The notes under the pieces are model-generated. The model was not told where the DNA came from and searched no databases. It saw nothing but the letters and a program-made list of their open reading frames with translations. The position numbers were made by a program, and so were the translations under genes. From Chiloscyllium plagiosum (lineage: Eukaryota), in contig NC_057718.1 of the NCBI RefSeq assembly GCF_004010195.1, positions 105,750,283 to 105,809,044 of the forward strand: a stretch of 58,762 bases of DNA, read 5' to 3'. Positions 13,026 to 25,120 of this stretch are shown piece after piece. Each line of letters opens with the position of its first letter. The stretch's first letter is position 1.

Positions 13026-13879
13026 AACAAAGTTTTGGATCTTATTCTGAATAAATTTTGAAAACTAGATAAAAGCTGGACAGATAACTAGCAAGATAAC
13101 TACAACTATTCAGTATAAGTACTGCTGGAAAAGTTAAGTAAACTAGCACAAAATGAGGCATTTCAAGAAAAAAAATCATTGAATTCTAAAATATAAAATA
13201 AGGCCTTATAGCCCAGTGTTTGTACAAACTCTCTGAAAGAAAGGCTGCTCTTCCTTTCCCCTTTAATGCTTCTGCTACTAAAATATTTATCCACTTCCCT
13301 TTGAATACATTGCATGTCTTTGGATCATGAAATCCTTGTCTCAACAATACTTCACATAAAAAGAAATCTCCCTGCCATTTATGCTTTTTAGGTAGTGAGC
13401 TTAAAATTATGTCTCATAGTCTGGACAAATTTATTTTCTCAGTATTATCATGTCAAAATACTTGGTGCTTTTGAACAATAAATGAGTGCGTGTTTCTTCT
13501 GCTAAGTCTCTCAATATGAAAGCCTCCCATTCCAGTTTTTGCACCCTCCCAACACCCCAGGGATCCCATTCCCATTTGTATGAAATTCTTTAGCTTGCTT
13601 TCAAATACTGATGACAAAGATGTCTTCGACTATCGCGAAAAGATTAAATCTGCTAACAATTGTGTTGTAGCACTACCACATTGAAAATAGATGAGTCTGA
13701 AAGCTTTAAGTTTGATTATTACATATTTATGACAGCTTATCAGATATTTACATTTAAGAATGTGTTGAATCATGGTTAACTTTGAAAACACTGACATTGC
13801 TGATGATACTGGAATGCAGATGCCTTTCCAATGTTGCTGAAAATTGAACTGAGTTATCAATTAATATGTCATGTTACAG

Positions 13880-15500
13880 AGGTGGTGCTGCTGGATATCT
13901 TAAAACATAAAAGTGGATAAATCCCCAGGACCTGGATCAAGTGTTTCTTAGAACTCTGTGGGAAGCTAGCGAAGTGATTGCTGGGTCTCTTGCTGAGATA
14001 TTAGATTAGATTAGATTAGATTAGATTAGATTACTTAGTGTGGAAACAGGCCCTTCGGACCAACATAGTCACAGGTGAGGTGCCGGAAGACTGGGGTTGG
14101 CTAACATGGTGCCACTATTTAAGAAAGGTGGTAAGGACAAGCCAGGGAACTATAGACCAGTGAGCCTGACATCAGTGGTGGGCAAGTTGTTGGAGAAAGT
14201 CCTGAGGGACAGGATTTATATGTATTTGGAAAGGCAAGGACTGATTAGGGATAGTCAACATGGTTTTGTGCATGGGAAATCATGTCTCACAAATTTGATT
14301 GAGTTTTTTGAAGAAGTAACAAAGAGGATTGATGAGGGCAGAGCATTAGATGTGATCTTTACGGACTTCAGTAAGACATTCGACAAGGCTCCCCATGGGA
14401 GACTGGTTAGCAAGGTTAGATCTTCGGGAATGCAGGGAGAACTAGCCATGTGGATACAGAACTGGCTCAAAGGTAGAAGACAGAGGGTGGTGGTGGAGGC
14501 CTGTGACCAGTGGAATGCCACAAGGATCGGTGCTGGATCTACTGCTTTTTGTCATTTATATAAATGATTTGGATGTGAACATAAGAGTATTGTTAATAAG
14601 TTTGCAGGTGACACCAAAATTGGAGGTGTAGTGGACAGCAAAGAAACTTACCTCACAGCACTATGGGATCTTGATCAAACGGGCCAATGGCCGAGGAGTA
14701 GCAGATGGAGTTTAGTTTAGATAAATATGAGGTGTTACATTTTGGAAACACAAATCAGGGGAGAACTTGTACACTTAATGGTAAGGTCTTGGGGAATGTT
14801 GTTGAACAAAGAGACCTTGGAATGCAGGCTTGTAGTTCCTTGAGAATCACATGTAGATAGGATAGTGAAGAAGGCATTTGGTATATTTTCCTTTATTGGT
14901 CACAGCATTGAGTACAGGAGTTGGGAGGTCATGTTGCAGCTGTACAGGACATTGTTTGGCCACTTTTGGAATATTGTGTGCAATTCTGGTCGCCCACCTA
15001 TCGGAACGTTGTTGTGGAACTTGAAAGGGTTCAGAAAAGATTTATAAGGATGTTGTCAGTGTTGGAGGATTTGAGCTATAGCGAGAGACTGAACATGCTG
15101 GGGCTGTTTTCCCTAGAGTGTTGAAGGCTGAGGGGTGACCTCATACAGGTTTATAAAATTATGAGGGGCATGGATAAGGTAAACAGACAAGGTCTTTCCC
15201 TGGGATGGGGGAGTCCAGAACTAAAAGGCATAGGTTTAGGGTGAGAGGGGAAAGATTTTAAAAGGGATCTAAGGGGTTACTTTTCAGGCAAAGGCTGGTG
15301 CGTGTATGGAATGAGCTGCCAGAGGAAGTGGTGGAGGCTGGTATAATTACAACATTTAAAAGACATGAGTATGTGAATAGGAAGGGTTTGGAGGGATATG
15401 GGCCAAATGCTGGCAGGTGGGACTAGATCAGGTTGGGATATCTGATTGGTATAGACGAGTTGGACCGAAGGGTCAGTTTCCATGTTGTACATCTCGATGA
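13880..15500 (+). mobile_element. CR1 LINE RT to 3' end, interrupted by an antisense HE1/CR1 tail fragment at 14001-14064
   Basis: 156-aa ORF NYRPVSLTSVVGKLLE...DFSKTFDK. Insert is (ttaga)6-ttacttagtgtggaaacaggcccttcgg. Confidence 0.92.
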
Positions 15501-15872
15501 TGAAATGCTCTGGTAAAGCTCACTCACATTGACTGCAGACCTACACCAATATAGAAGGAGCTGGTTGAACTGTTGCTCAGTCAGAAAGTAACATGTGGGA
15601 GAGTCCATTTTTAACTGATACACAAGTGTCCTTTAGGATTGGAAACCTGCCATCCTTACCTTGTCTGGCCTACATGTAACCCCAGGCCCATAATTACGTG
15701 GCTGACTTTTCCCAGACGGCACTTATGGGCAGTAAATGCTTGCCTGGCCAGTGAGTCCCACATCCCATGAATGAATTAAGGAAGGAAGTGCTTTGTCATG
15801 AGGTGAAGCAGTGAAGGGTTAAGGTTGTGAAGGGTCATGCTGTACGTTAATGACCTCCTGTATATACAATGG

Positions 15873-15985
15873 TAAAAATCACACAACACCAGGTTATAGT
15901 CCAACAGATTTAATTTAACCTGGTGTTGTGGTGTGATTTTTAACTTTGTACACCCCAGTCCTACACGAGCATCTCCAAATCATGA
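15873..15985. mobile_element. Minimal foldback remnant of the family A PLE terminus
   Basis: aaaaatcacacaacaccaggtta / taacctggtgttgtggtgtgattttt inverted arms plus the same 3' tail as 5609-5826. Confidence 0.7.
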
Positions 15986-16002
15986 CTCCTTAATGTACAG
16001 TA

Positions 16003-17325
16003 GTTAAAAATCACACTATACCAGCCTACAGTCCCAACAGGTTTATTTATAAGCATTAGCTTTCAGAGCACTACTCCTTCATATGATAGCTGTGGAGCAG
16101 GACCATAAGAGACAGAATTTATAGCAAAAGATCACAATGTCATGCAACTGAAATTATATATTGAACAACTCTAGATTGCTGTTAAGTCTTTCATCTTTTA
16201 GAATGGATTGCAGATTTCAGTTCATTAATATGTAAATCCCAGAACTTCTTTTAAGTCAAGTTCTCAAGATAACTTAAGGTTTTATTTTTTAAAAATGACA
16301 TCTCAGCTCAGACAATGCATTAAAGGTGTGAAGTTAGTGTCTGTCTGTATCCCAATCTTGAGTCAGACTGGTTCTATTTTCGAATGTCCATTTGCAGAAT
16401 TAGATAAAATCAATGACTGCAGATGCTGGAAACCAGATTTTGGATTAGTGGTGTTGGAAGAGCACAGCAGTTCAGGCAGCATCCGAGGAGCAGCATTAGC
16501 AGAATTATATTTGCAGATATATTTTATTTTGTTCAAAATGTGCACAATCAGCAGGCAGTCAATCCATGCATTATTTTATAAATTCTCAGTTCAGCATTTA
16601 GCCTCAGACCTTTGGGTGACTATCCTCCAAGGCAGACTTTGGGATATGCAACAATGCAGAGTGGCCGAGCAGAGGCTGTTAGCCAAGTTTGGTACCCACG
16701 AGGATGGCCTCAACAAGGACCTTGGGTTCATGTCACACTACAGGTGACCCCACTGCACTACATACTCACTCACACACTCTCTCTCTCTCACACATGCACG
16801 CACACACAAATAGGTCTGTGGGGTGAATTATATTTGCAGATACATTCTATGTCGCTCAAAAATCAGCAGGCAGTCAATCCATGTAATATTTTTAAAATTC
16901 CACTTTGGAAATAGAACCAGTCTGACTCAAGGTTGGAATACATAAAGACTCTAACCTCACACCTTTAACACATTGTCAGAGCTCAGATGTCACTTTTTTC
17001 TATAAAACCTTAAATTATCTCGAGAATGTGACTTAAAAGAAGTTCTGGGATTTACATATTAATGAACTGAAACCTGCAACCTATTCTAAAAGATGAAAGA
17101 CTTGACAGCAATCTATGTTTGTTCAATGTATCATTTCAGTTGCATGATACTGAAATATTTTGCTATAAATTCTGTGTCTTATGGTCCTGCTGCACAGCTA
17201 CCTGATGAAGGAGCAGTGCTCTGAAAGCTAGTGCTTCCAAATAAACCTATTGGGACTATAACCTGGTGTTGTGTGATTTTTAACTTTGTCCACCCCAGTC
17301 CAACACCGGCTTCTCCACATCATGA
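16003..17325 (+). mobile_element. Neptune-type PLE remnant: inverted pLTRs (~16003-16380 and ~16908-17284) around a GIY-YIG C-terminal fragment
   Basis: ~375-bp inverted arms. Internal peptide LWVTILQG...RVAEQRLLAKFGTHEDGLNKDLGFMSHY. HHR in the right arm. Family B fragment at ~16410-16494. Confidence 0.85.
17199..17233 (+). ncRNA. Minimal type I hammerhead ribozyme motif (family A pLTR)
   Basis: UAC-CUGAUGA-A-GGAGC agu GCUCU-GAAA-GCUA^GUG: intact core, stem II, palindromic AGCU stem III, short stem I. Confidence 0.8.
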
Positions 17326-18065
17326 CTCCTTTATGTAAACTTGCTTTATGTTCTAGAGATTGACTGTACTTTGTTTAACAAATTACCACATAACTTTCAA
17401 ACCAAATTGCATCAATGATTTCTTTACCTCAGTCTGGCTGACGAGCATATGCACTGAAGTGTCAATAAAACACATGACCCAGTGGCACAATGAATAATAT
17501 TCCTAGTCATCCAGAATTCCCAATCTCAGATACTTTGTTATAGGAAGTGCAAGCTGATGGTCAGGCACTTTCCCTTCCAGCCAACACTATCACACCTTCC
17601 AGCAAATGCTTTCAGAACAGCAGCTTACAGTCGGGAGCAACATGGTTTATTGCTGCAAACTGAAGTGATCAAAGAAAAAGAGCAGCAGGAAAGTGTGACA
17701 TAAGGTAGTTTAAGAAACCCCTATGAGTTTAAGTCTCTTGAAAATAAGAGCATACCAAACATTCAGAAAAGTCGCACACATGTGGGAGGCACTGAAAGGT
17801 AATGTGTGCTTGCCTGAAATGAGAAAGCAATTAATTGGAGGAATTAAAAACCTGGGATGCAAATAAGAATTTTGCAATGCTTGTAGGGAAGATCACATGT
17901 TGTAGTGATTATAATGAGGTCAGCCAAGTGGACCTCATAAAATGAATTCCCTGATTGGGGCTGCTAATCTCATCCAATCATGGAGCTCTGGCTGACAGAT
18001 AAACAGGAGTTTCAGACATTCTGTTTACTCTGAGGGTTGCATCAGTGCCAATGACTCTCCATTTG

Positions 18066-19140
18066 TGTCAGGGGACTGACTCTGAGATGGCTGCCCACAT
18101 CCAGTGTGTACTGCTGCTGTTGGTTTCTGTTTTTTTCTGGGGAACCTGATTCCTGAAGTGGTTTGAACTATACAGTCAGTTTGTTAACTGGTATTCCTTT
18201 AAATTGAGGACTGATTTCTAAACTGGCTGATTTACAGTCAGTGTTTCAGGTATAATTCAGTTCTCATTAGGGAACTGTTGTTTCACTGGCTGATTACAGT
18301 CTGTGTGTTACTCTTTTCTTTTACTTTGAGAAAAGGACTATGCTGATTTTGTGGCAGAGCTTAACCCTTGCATTCTTGGTTTCTTTCTTTTTTTTTTGCA
18401 TGTGTTTTCACTTTTTTGGTGTTTAGATTTAGCCCCTGTGAAAAAATGCACCTTTCCAGATGAACTGTTCCTCTGTAGGTGGACTAGGCTTCTGAAAAGA
18501 CTGAATACTTGTGTGTGCTGGGAAGTGAGCATTTGCTGTGTCCTCCTTTGGGAGTGGACCAAACCTCTGAGTTAACTGCATCTTTACAATGAACCGTTCC
18601 TGATCTTTTGTGGATAGACCAGGCCTTTATGGAGACTGAACATCTGTGGTGTGCACTGTGGGGTGTACATTTGCTGCCTTCAGGAGTGGACTCTGCATAC
18701 CAGAATGGATTCTGCCTTTGGTTGTGGATTCTATTTCTGACAACTTACTCTGTGTGCTGGAGTGGATGGGGAGGACAGGATGTCCGAGAGTTGGCCACAA
18801 GGGGCATGTTGGACTGACAGCCGGAAGGGGTGTAGGGGCAGGCTATCTTTGCGTGGCTGGAAGGTGGGAAGACGGGTGGTTTGCTAAGTTGCCATGGGTG
18901 TCTGTGAAATATGCACTGTTTCATTATTCAGTTTATCAGACTGTTTGTTTGTAATTGTGTCTCCTGTTTTTGGTAAGGTGGGATTTGAAGTTTGTCCTCT
19001 CATTTTGTTTCCCCTGTGAACTGGTTGTATGGTGGGGTTTGGGGGTCTGGCTTTGCCCCCCCACCTTTCCCTATAAATTGCTGTTTCTTGTAAACTGCTG
19101 TTTATTGTTAACTGTTTGTGATTTTACTGGTTAATAAAAT
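18066..19140 (+). mobile_element. Non-autonomous insert 1 in the LTR (possibly Tx1/L1-clade derived)
   Basis: Starts tgtcaggggactgactctgagatggctgcc; T-rich 3' region ends ttaataaaat; shares 5', middle and 3' blocks with insert 2. Clade assignment is inference. Confidence 0.6.
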
Positions 19141-19301
19141 ATAAACAGGAGTGGCAGACATCCTGTTGACTCTGCGGGAACTGGATCAATGTCAAGGACA
19201 TTTCAGTCAGGGGACTGACTGAGATGGCTACTCACATCCAGTGTGTACTGCTGCTGTTGGTTTTTTTTTTGGGAACCCGATTCCTAAACTGGCTGAATTA
19301 T

Positions 19302-20157
19302 GTAGCCAGCGTAGAGTGTGGTGCTGGAAAAGCACAGTGGGTCAGGCAGCATCTGAGGTGCAGGAGAATTGATGTTTCAGGCATAAGCCCTTCACGAATA
19401 AGGCTTGTGGGCTGGGAAAATTGGAAGGGAGGAGGGTGGCGCTGGGAGGCAAGGTAACTGAGAGCCTCCAACCTCATCATCCACGAACCTTGCTCCACTC
19501 TCTTCCACTTCCTACTGAAGATTCCCAAACCTAACTTCCCTGGTTGACCCATTGTCTCAATTGCCTCTTGTCCCACTGAACTCATCTCTGCATACCTTGA
19601 CACCATCCTGCCCCCTCCGCGCCCCCCCCAACTCCAGTCCAGGAACTCCCAACCTACATTCGGGACACCACCCACGCCCTAGTCCCTGTACACATCTACC
19701 CACAACTAAGGCCTCCAAGCTCTCCATTTCTTCCTTTCTCACCATCCCAACCAGTATGACCTTCATCCGCCTGGCTGAACTGGTCCCCACCCTCAACAAC
19801 TTCTCCTTCCAATCCTCCCACTTCCTCCAAACCAAAGGGGTAGCCATGGACCCAGCTATGCCTGCGTCTTTGTTGGGTATGTGGAACAGTCCATCTTCCA
19901 CAGCCAAACAGGCACCATTCCCCACCTTTTCCTCCGCTACATCGATGACTGACTGAATCGGCACCACCTCGTGCTGCCACAAATAGGTTGAAAAGCTAAT
20001 CAACTTCACCAACACCTTTCACCCCAAAGTCACATTTATCTGGACCATCTGACACCTCCCTTCTCTTCCTGGACCTCTCCATCTCCGGCGACCGACTAAC
20101 CACTGAGATTATTACAAACCCACTGACCCCCACAGCTACCTGCACTACACCACCTCC
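19302..20157 (+). mobile_element. PLE fragment: inverted family B pLTR (~19302-19455) plus decayed RT
   Basis: Peptides PIVSIASCPTELISAYLD, LNNFSFQSSHFLQTKGVAM, FLRYIDD are Penelope-type RT motifs. Confidence 0.85.
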
Positions 20158-21087
20158 TGTGAGATAATGCACCTTTCCAGATGAACTGTTCCTCTGTGGG
20201 TAGGCTTAGCCCTTTGTGGGTAGACTCAGCCTCAAAGACTGAACAGGTGTGTGCGCACAGGGAGGTGAACATTTGCTGCATCCTGGAATGGACCATTCCC
20301 TGTGGGTTAACTGCACCTTTTTACAATGAACTGTATTCCTGTGAGTGGGCCTAGTTCTGTGTGGATAGACCAGGCCTCTATGCAGACTGAACACTTGTGT
20401 GTGCGCCTTCAAGCGTGGACTCTGCCTGGGTACTGGAAACTGTGTATTGTGAGAATTTTGTGAATTCTGTTACTGTATGTGGGTTTTGTAATTGATTGTG
20501 TTTGAGTATGGGCTAGTCAGTACATGGGGTAGCTGGGGACTGCAGGGTTGATGACTGATTGTGTACTGACCAATGTGGGAGGGGCTAGGCAATTGATAGT
20601 GTGCTCACAGGAAGGCCAGTATAAGTCAGGCCAGTATAAGTCAGGCCGGTCAGTACGTGGAGAGGCTGAGCCAGGCGGCCGACAGCAACCTGTCGGAAGG
20701 CCAACCAGAGGAGGACTAATCAGTATGTTGGGAGCCATACAGCCGATGATCGGTCCATAGGAACACCGGCCAGGAGAAAAAGTCAGTCAGTACGCTGGAA
20801 GGCCGACAGCCCGACCGTAGGAAAGCAGATTGGGGGTGGCTTGGCCAGTATACTGCGTGACCGGTAGCCTGTGGCCGACGTCCGTCCCGAGGAAAGTGGC
20901 TGGGGAGGGTCAGTCAGGACGGAGACTGGAAGGCCAACAATCAGCCCATATTATTGAGTAAGTATGTGAGGTGCATGGGAGCTGGGTAGTCGACGACTAG
21001 GCTGGAAGAAAACAGGCCTGGGAAGGGTCGGTCAGTACGCAGGGCAGCTGGAGTCTGGAAGACCAACGACTGTCCTGCAGGAAGGTT

Positions 21088-21179
21088 CCTGAAGAAGGGC
21101 TTATGCCCGAAACATCGATTCTCCTGCTCCTTGGATGCTGCCTGACCTGCTGCTCTTTTCCAGCAACACATTTTCAGCT
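21088..21179 (+). mobile_element. 92-bp HHR-only PLE insertion with 13-bp TSD
   Basis: CTGAAGA-A-GGGCttatGCCC-GAAA-CATC core at 21089-21116. TSD ctgcaggaaggtt at 21075-21087 and 21180-21192. Confidence 0.85.
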
Positions 21180-22039
21180 CTGCAGGAAGGTTAGCCAAGG
21201 ATGGTCTGATCAGAGTGTGGTGTGAACTGGTGTCAAGTTTTTTTAAGCTATATTGGGTCTGTGCTTTATGCACTTTTTTTTTCATTTGATTGGACTGTCT
21301 TGTCTGTGTTTGTTACTGTTTACTTTGTGATGCTTGAAAGTGATATTTGAGGTTTGTCCTTATTTCCCTGAAAACTGGTTGAATGGTGGGGCTTGGCTTT
21401 GCTCCCATTCCTCTGTATATAGCTTTTTTTTAACCGCTGCTTTCTGTTTATTGTTAGCTGTAATTTATACTATTAAATAAAATTTTAGCAAAATAAACAG
21501 GTGTGTCAGAGATCCTGTTCACTCTGGGAGCTGGCTCTGCAGGAGCTGGATCAGTATCAAGGACTCTCCACATGTAAATAAATGATGACTTGGCGATGGA
21601 ATACCGCACCCAGAGAAGTACTTCACCTTTAAATACCTGGAAAAAGTCAAAGTGACAGGTGTGTCTCTGATCATCCCAATTGGATATACTTATGGCATAT
21701 AGGCTATAACCATGAAAAACAGGTTCTTCAATAAATTGTACTTTTTGACTATGATATTAAGATGTAATTCAACTCCAACAGCTCATACTAATAGAGAATA
21801 AAAGCCCACATGCAGCACCCTTGAATCACGACTATGTAGAAGAAAATGTACATTATACAGATACTGCTGCACATAGTAAATTGAAAAGCACATGCTCAAA
21901 ATTACAAAATAGCACATCAGCAGATGCAGGAAAATAATATTAGCAAAAGCAAGACAGATGAAGTGACAGAACATTACAGCTCACCAACTATAGTATAGAG
22001 AGTATACAGTAGAGAGAGAAAAGAAGAAAGCTTGTAGAC

Positions 22040-22144
22040 CTTCAGAAGAACTGGTTGATTTAGCTGCAGGCTTATTTGCTTGTTTTAGGTAGTCATCTTG
22101 TTCTTCATCTAAGCTGCTCAGAGCATTCAACTGGTTTACTATCT
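22040..22144 (-). CDS. EHBP1: EHBP1 105-nt symmetric (phase 1-1) cassette exon
   Basis: ctgttcacag|AG ATA GTA AAC CAG...TCT GAA G|gtctac. Encodes EIVNQLNALSSLDEEQDDYLKQANKPAAKSTSSSE, matching the 35-aa segment recalled as absent from shorter mammalian isoforms. Confidence 0.93.
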
Positions 22145-23259
22145 CTGTGAACAGAAGCCAGTTGAAAATAATAAGGAGGTCAGAAATTTCTGCAAAAAGC
22201 AACAGAGGCAAACAACTCCCTAAAGATATTTCTTATCTGATTCATGTTATTCCTCATTTGTAATTCTCACAGGAATTTGATGTTTCTCAAATTGTGCAGC
22301 TGCATAAAAAATGAATCAGATTACTTTCTTCAAAATCCTTTTGCTTGCTAACTTCAAAATATTTAAAATACAAATGCCAGAGTTGTCTTCTATTCTGTGA
22401 AATGATTAAAGCTGTTACAGTTGTTTTAGTACTACCACATTGAAAAAAAGGAGGCTAAAAGCACTGAATTCAATGATCACATTTTTACAACAGCTCTATA
22501 ACGCTTTAATATTTGAGAGTATTAAAATTTATTCAATCCTAAAGACTGAAGAAAATACAATGCTACGCTGAGACTGGCACTTCTGATGACATTATAATGC
22601 AGAAAAGACAGTAAGTTTTAAAAAACCAATACAAACTATAAACTCTAAAACTTGGCTTATAGTTGTGATGTGAAGAACACATGCACAAGCTTCCATTGAG
22701 TTCCTGCCCTCAGTTTCCCAGTGTTGTGAGCTACAAATCAAAGACTCAAGTGGGGTACGATTTTAAAACAAAGATGTCACTTTGGAGAGCTCCTGAATAT
22801 GTTTTAGCAGCGAGTTTCAGAGCTGTGTGACAGAGGTCTACCAGTATGTCATTCTTTTGTTGCATTCTTGGAAATAAAATGGCAGCTCTCTCTTGAACAA
22901 TAAATGAAAGAGATTTGTCAGATTCAGTAGTCCTCCTTCAAAATAAATTCCTCTCTACATGCAGGACAGTTGTCAAAAGCCCCAAGCTCCTTAATTCTTG
23001 GCAGCATCACTAAAGACAATCAAGACTTTCAATAGTTTTATTTGGGATAACTTTCAAACTGAAACCAAAATATCCTTGTTTTGTTTAATTTTATCTGCAT
23101 AGGTATCACTGATGAGGTCAGTAGTTTTTGTCTGCCCTTAATCACCCTCAAGAAAATGAGCTTGTACCAATATCGATAACCAAAGTAGTCCAGAAGGTGC
23201 AGAAACTTTGACAGTTTCACTAAAGAGTTAAAGATTTTAATTCTGCAACAAGTTATTTT

Positions 23260-23960
23260 CATTCATTCACGGGATGCGGACATCATTAGAAGGTCAGCAT
23301 TTATTATGCATCTTTAACTGCCACAAGGTGGTGGTGGGTGAACTGCCTTCTTGAACAATTGCAGTACTTGGGATGCAGGGACACAGACAGTGCAGTAAGG
23401 GAGCAAATTCCAGGCTACTGATCCAGTGGCCATTCAGGAATATTGAAACTGTTAGATTGGGTGGGATTCTAGCAGACAGTGGTATTCACTGTGGATGTGC
23501 ATCCATTGTCCTTCATTATGGTAAAGGTTGCAGATTTGGACGGTGCTGTTGAAGGAGCCATGATGAGTTGCTGTGATGCATCTCAAGTGAAGTGAGTGAA
23601 CCCTGCAGATGATACATAGGGTGCCAGTCAAGTAGATATATTTGTGCTGGAGGAGTCAAACATGTTGATGGAGCTGTACAAAATCAACGAGTGAAGAGTA
23701 TTCTATCATACTTGACTCGTGCCTTGTAGATGGTGGACAGGCTATAGGCAGTCAGGTGGTGAGTTACTAGCTGCAGAATTCTAATTTTCTGAACTACTCT
23801 TGTATGTATAATGTTTATATGGCTGGTCCAATTATCATTCTGACCAACAATAATTCCCAGAATGTTGATGGTAAGGGATTAAGTGATGGACATGCTACTG
23901 AGTGTCAAAGGAAGGTGGGTACATTCTCTCTCAACGGAGACAGTCATTGCCTGGCACTAA
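23260..23960 (-). mobile_element. Old CR1/L2-group LINE 3' fragment
   Basis: attcattcacgggatg...cagcatttatt tail and decayed RT C-terminus; same family as 55780-57075. Confidence 0.65.
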
Positions 23961-25120
23961 TACTCCCTCTAAGGTGCACGCTCCAAGAGTCAGCAGAACT
24001 GTACCACTGACTTCCAATTCCGGAAGTCAGTGCCACGCACAGACCTCTAAGGTATCTACAGAAGAAAAATAAAAATCAGCATATATGCCACATGTCATTT
24101 GTGTGGCAAGAACATTAATTTATTACTCAACAGCCCAACCTCAAATACTGCCTAAATCTTGCAGTATGCAAGCACTGGCTGCTTCATGTATTCATCTTGT
24201 GATCTTATGTGTGGCTTCCCTTAATATTGTTCCAAATATGTTATCAAATGCAATATATTTTTACCCTGTCCTTAGTTGGTTAACCAACACATCACTTTAT
24301 CAGTGTTACCTTTTTCAGATGTATCATATTCCTGGTTTCAAAATGATCAGCTTATCTCACTCATTACCAATTGTTACCATTTAATTTCAAAATACTGCTA
24401 GCCTTCATTGGTTTCCATTTGTGGCATTCAAATGATGTCATTATAAAAGGCTGACTGCATGTTCACAAATGTGTTTTAATTTTGTACATATCAACCCTTT
24501 GAAAACATTTGCAAACAAGCCACATTTTTTGATTCTGCACTATACCAAGCACAATATAGTGACATTAAGGCCTGCAACCAGAGCTCTGCCTTGCTGCACT
24601 GAAGTCAAACTCTGAAAAGGTAGTCGAACTCTCCAGTATACCTTCCATTTCCCTTAGCTGCAGACTGTAGCTCACAACACAAAGATGCTGAAATTAGGAA
24701 CTTAATAAACATCACAATCTAGGTCCTTAATTGCTAACAGAATGGAAATGTTTCAGATTCAAACACAGTTCCCCAAACTAACCCATAATGCTATCTCATC
24801 AATGTGCAGTGAATTTATACCTCTAGATGGCATATTCTTAATGATTTCATAACCTTTCATGGAGATGGTCAGCTGAAATCACAAGTCCTCCTTTGGAATG
24901 GAGTGGTCACTTTGATATTTCCAATGGTTAACTAACTGTCACCCTGTTCAGTTATCTATACCTTTCCAATTGGTTAGCTTTCAGATGAAGTTTTATCCAT
25001 TCGGTAAGTGTGCAACCAGTACCAAAAAAAAACTCATCTACAGGTTAATAGAACGGGGAAAACAGATTTCTATAAGCAATTCCTGCATAGATCAATTAAG
25101 GCTTTTGTCACAGCCCAATA

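Larger units (their letters stand above)
19206..21492 (+). mobile_element. Non-autonomous insert 2 in the LTR (relative of insert 1), itself interrupted by two PLE insertions
   Basis: Starts gtcaggggactgactgagatggctactc; block atgcacctttccagatgaactgttcctctgt shared with ~18447; 3' end actggttgaatggtggggc...aaataaaat shared. Confidence 0.6.
17901..21625 (+). mobile_element. Solo LTR (5' part 17901-17998, 3' part 21493-21625) split by two tandem inserts
   Basis: TG...CA ends; inverted CCAAT boxes (ctgattgg 17951, ccaatca 17974); ATAAA TATA-like site; AATAAA at 21577. No clear TSD. Confidence 0.65.

Noticed and set aside
14001..14035. (TTAGA)n runs here and at 25121 and 58008 as telomeric or CRISPR-like repeats
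   Set aside because: They are HE1 SINE/CR1 3' tails, not TTAGGG repeats, and there are no spacers.
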